Source: Macrostomum lignano
Taxonomy: Eukaryota
Reading direction: 5' to 3'
Assembly: GCA_002269645.1 (NCBI GenBank)
Contig: NIVC01000900.1
Location: 462,117-526,116 of the forward strand
Length of the DNA stretch: 64,000 bases
Under the pieces are notes generated by a model. That model was not told the DNA's origin and did no database searches. It saw only the letters and a program-made list of their open reading frames with translations. This document shows, piece after piece, positions 12,219-24,032 of the stretch. How positions within the stretch are numbered: position 1 is the stretch's first letter; each line of letters opens with the position of its first letter. The position numbers and the translations under genes were made by a program.

Positions 12219-15200
12219 ATGGAAGCTGAGAGTGACATCAATTTCGAGCCGGAGCGAGTTCTGCTATTCGATTGTCCTTTGTGCAAATTTTTCACTACTT
12301 ATTTCTCACGCCTATCCGAGCATGCCATAGGCCATCCCGAGCGGGACATCGAGTTTGTAGTGTACAAATGCAGCGAGTGCGAGCTGCTCTGCTCTAGCGA
12401 GTATCTGCTTCAAGTTAGTGCTCTGTGTACTTTTCTGCTTTTTTGCTCGTAGCCGTATTGTTGCTTTTTGTGGGTCGCTGAATATTGGTTGCTTTACTGT
12501 AATATTTCAAATTTAATAGAGTTAGGATTAAGACTAAGATACCTCTACAGTGGACTCTGAGAATGTTACAATAGTCGACTCTCAGCATCTCAATAGCGGA
12601 CACTCAGAATCTCAATAGTAGATCATCAGTATCTCAATAGTGGACTCTGAGAATGTTACAATAGTCGACTCTCAGCATCTCAATAGCGGACACTCAGAAT
12701 CTCAATAGTAGATCATCAGTATCTCAATAGTGGACTCTAGCATCTCAATAGCGGATTTTCAGAATGTCACAATATTGGACACTGAGAATCCCACAATAGT
12801 GGACTCTCAGCATCTCAATAGTGAACTCTCAGCATCTCAATAGTGGACTCTCAGCATCTGTATAGTAGACTCCCAGTATCTCAATAGTAGACTCCCAGTA
12901 TCTCAATAGTAGACTCCCAGCATCTCAATAGTAGACTCCCAGTATCTCAATAGTGGACTCTCAGCATCTCAATAGTAGACTCTCAGCATCTCAATAGTAG
13001 CCTCTCTGCATCTCAATAGTAGCCTCTCAGCATCTCAATAGTGAACTCTCAGCATCTCAATAGTAGACTCTCAGCATCTCAATAGTGGACTATTAGCATC
13101 TCAATAGCGTACACTCAGCATCGCACAATAGTGGACTCTCAGAATCTCGAGAATAGACTCTCAGAATCTCACAACAGTAGACTATCAGAATCTCAACAGT
13201 GGACTCTAAGAATCTCAATACTGGACTCTTAGAATCTCAATAGTAGGTTCTCAGAATCTCATACTTAGTAGACTCTCAGAATCTCAATAGTGGAATCTCA
13301 GAATCTCACAAAAGTGGACTCTCAGAATCTCAATAATGGACTCTCAAAATCTCAATAGTGGAATCTCAGAATCTCACAAAAGTGGACTCTCAGAATCTCA
13401 ATAATGAACTCTCAAAATCTCAATAGTGGACTCTTAAAATGTCACAATATTGGACTCTCTAAATCTGACAATAGTGGACTCAGCATCTCAATAGTGGACT
13501 AAGAATCTCTCAATGGAGGACTTTCAGACTCACAATAGTGGACTCTCAGACTCTCAAAGTAATGGTCCCTCAGAATCTTACAAAAGTGAGTAGACTAGGA
13601 ATCGAACTCAGGACACTATTCGGGCCCCGCTCCCTCCTCACCGCGCAGGAGCACAGCGAAGTTCACCACCCGGACAAGACTGTGGTCATTCAAAAAGTGG
13701 AAGAATTATTTCTGAACTGCCGAACAGACAGCGACAATGGCGATGATGAAGAGCAGCAACAAAAGCAAGAGGAAGCTGACAATGATGAAGAGGAGGCTGC
13801 AACAGGCGCCGATGGCACTGACTACAGCAGAGATGAGGAATTCTCAACAAAGTGGACAACTAACGCCGGCTCTGTCGGCGGTGGGAAGCGAGCCTGGGCT
13901 AGCGAGAAGAACACCAATAACCAGCAGATGAAGCATCAGCAGCAGCAGTTCAGTCGCAAACGCCAATTCGGAGCCGCTGGCCAATCGTCAGCAGTCTCGC
14001 TGATGCAGCCGGGCTTCAACCGTCGCCCAATTGGTGGCCCGATGCAGCCGGTGCATTTGATGCAGAAACGATTGCGGCCGAACTGGAGCCAAGGTCAAGG
14101 AGTTCGGCAACAGCAGTTTGGCGGCGTGATGCAGCCGGATCTGGTTGTCCGAGATAAGGGCGATTACGTCATCAGCGTTAGCCGAGGCGGCTTAGAGGCT
14201 CGGCTTCGGTTCGATCCGGCATTCTATTCGTCTGAAGCTGCCAGCCAAACTTTTAATACTCTGGCCACTGAGCTGGCGTGGGAGCAGCTGAAAACTCGGC
14301 CCAAGCCAGGTGGCAAAGGCGAATCCACTGAGCCAAGGATGACGTACTGGGTTGGGCCGAAATATTCCTACGGCTCGGTGCACCTGCCCGAGAATTCTAA
14401 TTGGCATCCAGCGCTGATGCAGATTAAACAGGATGTTGAACGGGCGCTTGAGGGTAAAGTGACGTTTAACGCCTGCTTGGCAATTCTGTACAGGTGAGTA
14501 TGAGGAGACAGGGTGGCTAACTACATCGTTCCTCAACCAGCGCTGATAATCCCAGATAAACACCCCCCAAAACTCGCTAATCCCAGATAAACACCTCCAA
14601 AACTCGCTAATCCCAGATAAACACCCCCCCAAAACTCGCTAGTCCTAGATAAACACCTCCAAAACTCGCTAATCCCAGATAAACACCTCAAAACTCATTA
14701 ATTCCCAATAAACACCTCAAAACTCATTAATCCCCAATAAACACTCCAAAACTCGCTAATCCCAGATAAACACCCCCCAAAACTCGCTAATCCCAGATAA
14801 ACACCTCCAAAACTCGCTAATCCCAGATTAACACCTCAAAATTCATTAATCCCCAATAAACACTCCAAAACTCGATAATCCCAGATAAACACCTGACTCG
14901 ATAATCCCTGATAAACACCCCAAAACTCGCTAGTCTCTGATAAACACCCCCAAAACTCGCTAGTCTCTGATAAACACCCTGATAAACACACCTCAGAGAC
15001 CACAACGACTCGATGCCGTGGCACTCCGACAACGAACGCGAGATGGGTTCGAATCCGGCCATCGCCAGCGTCAGTTTCGGCGCCAGTCGACTCTTTGAGT
15101 TGCGCCGATTTGACGTCGCTCAGCAGGGCTTCGGCGGTGGCGGCGGCGGCGGCATCGGCGGAGTGGTCTTCGGCCAACAGATTCAAGGATTCCGCTCCGT

Positions 15201-15366
15201 CCACGTGCCCCTGTCTGCCGGCTCTCTGCTGTACACCTGCGGCTCCATCCAGAAGGACTGGCAGCACAGGATCGGCCGGCAGTCCGCCAGTTGCGGACCC
15301 AGGATTAATCTCACTTTCCGCACCATTGTGACCGGTTCGGGTGGTTCGAAACGGACTGGGAAATGA
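12219..15366 (+). CDS. ALKBH3: ALKBH3-like alpha-ketoglutarate/Fe(II) dioxygenase with two N-terminal C2H2 zinc fingers (469 aa). Exons 12219-12413, 13649-14493, 14997-15366
   Basis: Spliced ORF is 1410 nt. AlkB-family motifs: EPRMTYWVG..YSY, LYR..DSMPWHSDNE (HxD), ASVSFGASRLFELR, DWQHRI (His), PRINLTFR (two Arg). VVRDKGDYVIS matches the ALKBH3 N-terminal strand. N-terminal fingers: CPLC..H..H and CSEC..HSEVHH. Confidence 0.9.
12545..13590. repeat. Degenerate 22-bp minisatellite filling ALKBH3 intron 1
   Basis: Unit TCTCAATAGTGGACTCTCAGCA. Confidence 0.9.
14545..14995. repeat. ~30-bp minisatellite filling ALKBH3 intron 2 up to the acceptor
   Basis: Unit AAAACTCGCTAATCCCAGATAAACACCTCC. The array grades into the acceptor ...TAAACACACCTCAG|. 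Confidence 0.9.
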
Positions 15367-15500
15367 ACTGGCCGATTGTTGTCTGTCTGGGAATATAGGA
15401 TGCAAAGCGAGAGAACTGGCGCGATGATAGAGTGGGTGGGGGTGTTGCTGACAGGCTTATGAAATATTGGCGTGATTCTATCAAAATGACAGCGAGCGGC

Positions 15501-16353
15501 TGGGCCAGCCTTCCAAATCCTCAGTTGCTGAGCCAGCCTCCCAAATCCTCAGTTGCTGGGCCAGCCTCCCAAATCCTCAGTTGCTGGGCCAGCCTCCCAG
15601 ATCCTCAGTTTCTGGGCCAGCCTCCCAGATCCTCATTTGCTAAGCCAGCCTCCCAGATCCTCAGTTGCTGAGCCAGCCTCCCAAATCCTCAGTTGCTAAG
15701 CCAGCCTCCCAGATCCTCAGTTGCTGAGCCAGCCTCCCAGATCCTCAGTTGCTGGGCCAGCCTCCTAAATCCTCGCGCAGTTCTTGTGCCAGCCTCCCAG
15801 ATCCTCAGTTGCTAAGCCAGCCTCCCAGATTCTCAGTTGCTAAGCCAGCCTCCCAAATCCTCAGTTGCTGAGCCAGCCTCCCAGATCCTCAGTTGCTAAG
15901 CCAGCCTCCCAGATCCTCAGTTGCTGAGCCAGCCTCCCAAATCCTCAGTTGCTAAGCCAGCCTCCCAGATCCTCAGTTGCTGAGCCAGCCTCCCAGATCC
16001 TCAGTTGCTGGGCCAGCCTCCTAAATCCTCGCGCAGTTCTTGTGCCAGCCTCCCAGATCCTCAGTTGCTAAGCCAGCCTCCCAGATTCTCAGTTGCTAAG
16101 CCAGCCTCCCAAATCCTCAGTTGCTGAGCCAGCCTCCCAGATCCTCAGTTGATGGGCCAGCCTTTCAGATCCTCAGTTGCTGAGCCAGCCTCCCAAATCC
16201 TCAGTTGCTGGGCCAGCCTCCCAGATCCCCAGTTGCTAAGCCAGCCTCCCAGATCCTCAGTTGCTAAGCCAGCCTCCCAGATCCTCAGTTTCTGGGCCAG
16301 CCTCCCAAATCCTCAGTTGCTAAGCCAGCCTCCCAGATCCTCAGTTGCTAGGC
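15501..16353 (+). repeat. 28-bp dispersed minisatellite family, array 1 (~30 copies)
   Basis: Unit GGGCCAGCCTCCCAGATCCTCAGTTGCT, with an internal 256-bp higher-order duplication (CCTCGCGCAG at 15771 and 16027). Confidence 0.95.
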
Positions 16354-17668
16354 CGCTGCAACCATTGATTTTTTTGTTTTTAAAAAGACACGCATCAGTT
16401 TTCCTGCGTTGCTTCATTCGCTCTCTTTATGTCTATGTGGTTCTACTAAGAGTAGTTTACAGTGTATACTCGTAAAAGAAAATCAAAAAAATATTTTTGC
16501 TAGTTACCTTTTTGGGTAGGAATGCAAAAGAACGAAATGTTTAGTCCTGTAAGTCCGACAAGTGTTCATGCCGATGCAATGTCTTGAAATTGAATAACAC
16601 ATCCTGAGAAAAGCATTCTATACATGTGGGTTTTCGATGTTGGAGAGATCAGAGAAAGAAGGAAATCGCCAGTCGCTCTTAGGCTTGACTTCTGTCCACT
16701 GCACGCTTGTTCTCTAAAATAGGATTTTTTTTCGATTGAAAACATCTCTCGTCTTAGTCTTAAAATCCCTTGCAGAAAAATCTTATAAAATTCAATTTCT
16801 GCTGCTACAAGTAGTATGATTTGCTTTGTTGTTTAAATTTCTCTTTCCGCGCTTAAATGCGTAGAAAATCTTGTGCTCTCTCGTCTTTAGAAATGCAAAA
16901 GTGCTTCAAGTCTTGTCTTGTCGCTTCTTCTGGCCACTCGAATTTCTCTCTCTGTCTGTCTCTGGCAATTTGTCGCAATTTTCTAGTCTAGATTGAAAGA
17001 CTGGAGAACTGGCTTCAAGGCCGAGCCGATCTGCTTTTTTGGAGAAGATTGAGAAGAGATTTTTACCGGAGGAAATTTTTTTTTCCACGGTAATTGCTAG
17101 CGCAGCCCAGTCTGTGCACAAATCCAGGTACTCCCGCTAATAATGATAATGAAGAAGGAAGGATTCTGGAAGAGTAAAAGTTCCAACAAATTGCCTTCAA
17201 TTTCCTGAAGCGCACACTCGAGCGCTTAAATTAACTGGGACGGGGAATTTCTTGTTCTAATAATTCTGCCGCATTTGCCTTGTATGTCTTTAAGCACTGT
17301 TTAATAAGCATGAGTTTTCTATTGTAATAAAATCAATCACGATATGTAGCAGTTTTTAAATACCTGCATATTGTCATAACTTTGTGTGTCATTTTTATTG
17401 TAACATTTTACTCTATTATGTTTGTTATGAATCGTAATATTGTCTGCTACTCTTTCTTAGTGGACAGTTATGCCTGACTTTGTTCAGCTCGGCCAGCGGG
17501 TTTTGTTAGAATAAAAATGCAGGTGTTTTTTGTAAACATGAAATTCTGTAATTGATTTTTGTGAAGCTGCCTTTAATCTTCTGGTCTGATTTCTTTTATC
17601 TGAGCGATTGTGTGTTCCATAGAGTGCAGAATAATTTCCGTAACTCCATCGGCACTCTGTATACACTC

Positions 17669-19845
17669 CCAGTTGCTGTGCCATCCTCCCAGATCCTCAT
17701 GCAGTTGCTGGGCCAGCCTCCCAGATTCTCAGTTGCAGGCCAGCCTCCCAGATCCTCAATTGCTGTGCCAGCCTCCCAGATCCTCAATTGCTGTGCCAGC
17801 CTCCCAGATCCTCAGTTGCTGGGCCAGCCTCCCAGATCCTCTGTTGCTGGGCCAGCCTCCCAGATCCTCTGTTGCTGGGCCAGCCTCCCAGATCCTCAGT
17901 TGCTGTGCCAGCCTCCCAGATCCTCAGTTGCTGGGCCAGCCTCCCAGATCCTCAGTTGCTGGGCCAGCCTCCCAGATCCTCAGTTGCTAGGCCAGCCTCC
18001 CAGATCCTCAGTTGCTGGGCCAGCCTCCCAGATCCTCAGTTGCTGTGCCAGCCTCCCAGATCCTCAGTTGCTGGGCCAGCCTCCCAGAGTGTCAGTTGCT
18101 AAGCCAGCCTCCCAGATCCTCAGTTGCTAAGCCAGCCTCCCAGATCCTCAGTTGCTGGGCCAGCCTCCCAGATCCTCAGTTGCTAAGCCAGCCTCCCAGA
18201 TCCTCAGTTGCTAAGCCAGCCTCCCAGATCCTCAGTTGCTAAGCCAGCCTCCCAGATCCTCAGTTGCTAGGCCAGCCTCCCAGACATGGTGACCACACCT
18301 GCACTATTTTAGTATTTTGCACTATTTTTAATTTTCTGCTCAATTGCACAACTATTTTTGAAATACACTAATAAATTTCACTAACTGCTCAAAAACTTTG
18401 AGAAGTTGGTTCAACGTGAAGCTACGCAACGCAGGTTCAACGTTGAACCTGCTATCAGCCGCTCTTGACCAGGTTTGTAGCGACATGCTGCTCAGATTTG
18501 TTCGTCCTGACGTGGTGGAGGCGGCAACATCACTCTCCAATCTCTTCAATGCTGCAAAGGATCACTCTAACCAGCTAGTCAACGCTGAGCTGAGGAGCCA
18601 ACATCAGGACCACTATTGGCCGCCTGCCCAAAATAGATCGAGTGGGCTTTTTTAAGGCAGTGCGAGACTTCTATGTTGAGCTCACCAGTCGCCTCTTTGC
18701 CTACCTGCCGTTGGAAAGCAAACTTCTACGAGCTTGCGCTTTGTTGACCCAAATCAACTGCTCGATCACCAATTGAATTTGGAAGAGACGGTCATCCTGA
18801 TTGCTAAGGCTATGCCGACTGTAATTGAACCCGTTCGTCTAGACGACCTGTGACTGGAGGTCATTACGTTGCGTTGAATGCTTTGATTGAGGAGCTCGCT
18901 AGAGTCAAAGAACCGGAGAAGTTCTGGGCCGCATTGCCATGTGAGGAATTTCTATGCCTACCGCATAGAAACGCCGACAGTGAGTGGGTCATCAAATGGA
19001 TTGCCAACAATGTCACGAATGGCTGATTATACACTGGACTGTCCTTTGTCCATCAAGTCCTGGCTAAAGGCCTTCAAAAAAGAGCCATCCGATTTTTGCA
19101 TTGACCGCTCGCTGTTGGTCCTCAGCTTTGATGCCTGTGCAAACGCTGAAGCACGTGCTAAGTAAGGCAAAGGAGCGTGAAGAAGTAATGAACCGCCTTC
19201 AGAAAAAGCTAAACATGCAGCGTCGGAAGGCCAATGAGCGGGACAAGAAAAAAAGCAAGAGGACGAAGCTGCTGAACAAAAGATAAAATCAACGAAATGA
19301 GAAAACATCTCTGGCACAGGAGATGCTCCAAAAGGCGGATTAACGAGATCAACAAACAAGAAGTGAATCGCTGGACGATAATACCAGTAGAAACTTAACG
19401 TCTATATTAATTTGAGTTAAGACATGATTTGAGACTGAATGATTTTGTTTTGAATATGATTTGAAATTGGCGCAGTGAAGTGGGAAGTCTTGAATTTGGA
19501 AATACATAAAAATCGTGTCAGTGTCACAGGTTGTTGTCTGAGTTAAACAAATATATCACTGGATTCAAAAAAGTTTTTTAAAGGTTTTTGTGACTAGAAA
19601 TGTAGTTTTTTTCTTTTCTGTTTGTTAATTATTTCACATAAAGCGATTTTTTTTCCAAAAAACAATGCCTAATGTTGCTGCTCAAAAAAATTTGTCCTGC
19701 TCAATTATTTTCAAAATGCGCTGTGGTCACACTGCTCCCAGATCCTCAGTTGCTAAGCCAGCCTCCCAGATCCTCAGTTGCTGGGCCAGCCTCCCAGATC
19801 CTCAGTTGCTGGGCCAGGCTCCCAGATCCTCAGTTGCTGGGCCAA
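17669..19845 (+). repeat. 28-bp minisatellite array 2 (17669-18284 and 19735-19845), split by a hAT insertion
   Basis: Same unit as array 1. The register continues across the insertion via the TSD CTCCCAGA. Confidence 0.9.
18285..19734 (+). mobile_element. Internally deleted, degenerate hAT DNA transposon (1450 bp)
   Basis: 13-bp imperfect TIR (CATGGTGACCACA / TGTGGTCACACTG) and perfect 8-bp TSD CTCCCAGA (18277-18284, 19735-19742). Frameshifted transposase C-terminal remnants: LLRFVRPDVV, FKAVRDFY, LRFVDP, KFWAAL, and FLCLPHRNADSE (hAT dimerisation-domain motif LPHSNAxxER). Confidence 0.85.
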
Positions 19846-20495
19846 TGCCACCCTACTAGGTCCTCAATCTCATCTTTGACCTTTTCCTCTCTTTGGCATC
19901 TCTACTGTCTCACTCGCACGCATCTATTCTTCATCAATTCTAGCGAGTATTCGGGGTGCAGGCAAGTGCAGTGTGGGTTCCGTATTTGCCGCCATAATAA
20001 AAGACTTTCGACTATAGAACCGGAAGATTGAATATTGCTAGTTATACGCTCGTAGTTCATATGCATTATTTTAATTATTATGCAGTGAACTATTTGCCAT
20101 CATATATTAGTTAATACTACCAGGCTTTGATCCCCGATCTTCCTCTGTCTCGGCTTCTCCCCGCGCGATTTCTAGCTCGGCTCATCGGGTCGGTCCCGGG
20201 TTTTCCCATCTGGATTCTAGTGTAGCGATGGGATATATAATGCTTCCTAATCCCCCATCAGGGCTGCAATCAGGCGTAGAGCCGTGCCCAGTTGCTTGGG
20301 CCAATTGGATTTTCCTCAAAGAGATTCCAGTCGCATGGGTTGCTAGTTGAATCGGGTCCCGGGGATGGCTTTTAACCTTTTTTAGAACAATTTCGCCACC
20401 TCTTCTGGCTTGAATTTTCGACGTTATCACCTCATCATCAGCGTGTGGTACATTGTGTACTTTTATGTTATAAGCACTGCATGGACATCCTAGTT

Positions 20496-21341
20496 TGTCA
20501 CCATCGGGTCTTTGGCATCTTACTTTGTCGCCATTGGGTCTTTGGCGCCATTGGATCTTACTGTGTCGCCATTGTGTCTTTGGCGCCATTGGATCTTACT
20601 TTGTCGCCATTGGGTCTTTGGCGCCATTGGATCTTACTTTGTCGCCATTGGGTCTTTGGCGCCATTGGATCTTACTTTGTCGCCATTGTGTCTTTGGCGC
20701 CATTGGATCTTACTGTGTCGCCATTGTGTCTTTAGCGCCATTGGATCTTACTTTGTCGCCATTGGGTCTTTGGCGCCATTGGATCTTACTTTGTCGCCAT
20801 TGGGTCTTTGGCGCCATTGGATCTTACTTTGTCGCCATTGGGTCTTTGGCGCCATTGGATCTTACTTTGTCGCCATTGTGTCTTTAGCGCCATTAGATCT
20901 TACTTTGTCGCCATTGTGTCTTTGGCGCCATTGGATCTTACTTTGTCGCCATTGTGTCTTTAGCGCCATTGGATCTTACTTTGTCGCCATTGTGTCTTTG
21001 GCGCCATTGGATCTTACTTTTTCGCCATTGTGTCTTTGGCGCCATTGGATCTTACTTTGTCGCCATTGTGTCTTTGGCGCCATTGGATCTTACTTTTTCG
21101 CCATTGTGTCTTTAGCGCCATTGGATCTTACTTTGTCGCCATTGTGTCTTTAGCGCCATTGGATCTTACTTTGTCGCCATTGTGTCTTTAGCGCCATTAG
21201 ATCTTTGTCGCCATTGTGTCTTTAGCGCCATTGGATCGTACTTTTTCGCCATTGTGTCTTTGGCGCCATTAGATCTTTGTCGCCTTTGTGTCTTTGGCGC
21301 CATTCGATCTCAATTTTTCGCCATCAGGTCTTTTGGCGCCT
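20496..21341. repeat. 38-bp minisatellite (21+17-bp sub-units, each with CGCCATT)
   Basis: Unit TGGATCTTACTTTGTCGCCATTGGGTCTTTGGCGCCAT, ~21 copies. Confidence 0.95.
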
Positions 21342-22107
21342 TGAATATACGTAAATGAATATAGTGTCAAAAGCAGCATTCTCGTACAGTGCACAGCTGT
21401 ATGACTGCAAAGGCTGCACGGAGCGTAAAAAATGAAGTTAATTTCTAAGGGTTAGAGTTGGCGCCATTTTCAGCAGTTCTCAGAATAATGCACGTAAAAC
21501 AACGATTTAGTCACGATCTGTCTCGATTACTGCGGTGGCCATATAGTGAACCAGAGCATGGTATTGATGGTGTACTTTTATTTTAGATTTAGTTTTGACA
21601 ATCTACCGGTCGTTTGCGTCTCTTCGGCTTCTGAAAAAAATAAATTCGACATTTAAAAAGAAAGGAAAATGTCTCTGCAAGGTCGCGCAGACAGGATGCA
21701 GTGCACGCGCAATTCAGAAAACTAAGCTTGCAAGATAAAAAATAATGAATTGAAGCAACTGTTTGTTAAAAAAGAAGAGGTTCTGAAACAAAAACTAAAA
21801 AACATCCAGTCGGTGTTTCCTTGAAAGATCGAGCTAAGCCGGTCGAATTAGCGAAAATGATCAGCTGTCTGCCACCGTGGCCTCGCCGCCTTACGTGACA
21901 GAAATAGTCGCTAAGATGATTGCAAACGCGCGTTGATGTGACTTGGAGATGAATGCGATGCAAAGTAGACAGGACAGCAGGGAAACTGCATGTCTGTCTG
22001 CTGCAGCGTTGGCCCCTCAGTTTCCAGCTTACTGCAGCAAGGTCAAATGGGTTCAGTTCGCTTTTTAATTGGCTGTGGTTAGGCCTTGCATGCAGCTTAC
22101 CTGCATC

Positions 22108-22163
22108 TGGTGGCCCAGCAACTGAGGAGCTGAGGCTGGCCCAGCAACTGAGGATCTGGTAGG
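22108..22163 (-). repeat. Two-copy remnant of the 28-bp minisatellite family
   Basis: GGCCCAGCAACTGAGGA..GAGGCTGGCCCAGCAACTGAGGATCTGG. Confidence 0.8.
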
Positions 22164-22619
22164 CTGGAGCAGGCTGGAGCAGGGGAGCGGGGGCATAGAT
22201 CTCTGTGTTTGGGTTTCTCTTCTCCAGAGTCAAAGATCTCCGGCCCGGAGATTCAACACGGAAAATTACGGGATTTTACGATCGCCCGCACGGATATCAG
22301 CAACCACGAAATAAGATAAGGTTAGAGATCGCCGCATCCTAGACTCTTCGGAGTGTTTTATCTTAGAAGCTTACTTCTAGCGCAGCTTAAAAGCTTATCT
22401 ATCTAATAGTACATAGTACATTCCCATGCCTTGTATGCTCATACAGCCATCAATCAAGTAGGGCTAAATTTAGGGTTGCATGGTCAGACTTGTGCATCAT
22501 TTTTCGTCTCTCTGTACACAAGTCGAATGATTCGCACGCGACAGTCAAGTCAATTTGCGATTTTCTTACTTGGAATTGGAGGGAATCTCCAGTTTTTTAT
22601 TGGAACTGTATGCGGAATT

Positions 22620-23160
22620 ATGGATTGACAACGGTTCACCTACCTCGGCGGTCTGGTGCCCCGTATGGAGGAGGACCTCCGGCGTCGCGCAGAGGACTTG
22701 ACTGGGCGGCCTTTCATTCGATCCAGGCCGTCTTCCAGTCCGAAGGGCTACCCCGCCAGAGGGCTCGGCTGGGGCAGGCGGTGGTCGAAACCGTCCAACG
22801 CCGAGACGTGGACGCTGACGGCTATGCTAGAGCGGCAGTTGGACTCAGGGTTGCTCCGTGCGGCCTTTCGAGCTGACGAGAGCGTCGGGACCGAGGCCCC
22901 TGTACGATCGGGCCCGTCCATCATCCTGCGCCGGCGCCGACTTCAAATGGCGGGCCACGTGATCCGGGCCGAGGGCCACTGCCCCCAACCTGTTCAGGAC
23001 GTCCTGCTGCTCAACTTGCAGAGTCCGTTCAGGCGGTGTCAGGCCCAAACCCGTCGATACGTGGACCATGCCTGCTGTGCGACGCTGGGGCTGCCCGACA
23101 CTGCCAACGGGGCGGACTTCGTCCAATCTCAGGCTTGATCTGCGGCGCGCCATCTGACGC
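22620..23160 (+). mobile_element. Degenerate RTE-clade LINE fragment (RT thumb / C-terminal region)
   Basis: Frameshifted translation: RFTYLGGLVPRMEEDLRRR..WAAFHSIQAVF..QAVVETV..NAETWTLT..LERQLDS..RRRRLQMAGHVIRAE..RR, typical of the region after the RT domain in RTE-like LINEs. Confidence 0.75.
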
Positions 23161-24032
23161 GTCCTGCTCTAACTGCAGCGACCTTGCTGCGTACTTTGTT
23201 GTTGTTATAGACCGACAACACATTTACTCGTATTTACCTAAGCCAGTTATTTTTCCCTGATATGATGCATGACGGCCGCGAAATGTACAAGCTACAGTGA
23301 AGAACTTTATTTTCTCATGTGGAAAATGTCAATTCAAATGAACAAAATTATTGACGTTTTTAAGCGATTTTTACTAACCATTCACATGTATACATTATTG
23401 AGCATTGTTAAATTGTTAGGAGAAGTTAACTATACACAATAAAAAGATAATAATTTTCAACTTAATAAAACAAAATTAAAACTTGGTTTTTGCACTAGTG
23501 ACGGAGATCTCCGAGGGGAACAACAGATCGGGTTTAGGATCTCGGGATCTCGGAGACCCATAGCCGTTTGTAGTCTCCGAAAGTGATCTTAAACCCTTTA
23601 AAGTCTCCGGTCGGTGATCCAAAACTGGCCTGAGCGTCGGAGATTCCATAAACCATAACACCGGTGAGTTCAGTCAAGGTCACGCCATAAACTCACTTCA
23701 ACCTGCATTGCAGTATCTACACTATCGTCAGTTTAGTCTCTAGGCAGAGAAGCATAAATTTTATACATAAATACATAAATGTTATTATATCCTTATGCTC
23801 ACCTGGTTTACTTCCGTGTCGCCGTGGTCGTATAATGAGAGTGCAATCTAGCAGATCAGGGTGCGTAAGCTTATTAGTTCCCTGTCTAAATTAGTCAACC
23901 TAATTCGCGCGTTTGATCTTGCCGCCAAATCCAACTGGAAACAGACTGTTAAACATTTACGACATCCCTGCGAACGAAATTATGTTTATGTATTAAGGTT
24001 CAATCACAAATTATGCGGAATTTTTGCAGGAA

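Noticed and set aside
13596-13612. tRNA/SINE B-box-like GTTCGATTCC on the minus strand
   Set aside because: No T-stem pairing, A box or cloverleaf around it.
15044-15058. GGTTCGAATCC tRNA T-loop motif
   Set aside because: Falls in ALKBH3 coding sequence (G-S-N-P) and has no tRNA structure.
16906-17400. Short minus-strand ORFs as a gene or TE remnant
   Set aside because: No recognisable domain, splice pattern or termini.
20182-20589. 135-aa minus-strand ORF (YNIKVHNVP...) as a LINE ORF1 or gag remnant
   Set aside because: It starts inside the 38-bp repeat, and the resemblance is too weak to support without a search.
23496-23660. TAGTGACGGAGATCTCCG as a hAT-like terminus
   Set aside because: No matching inverted end or TSD was found.
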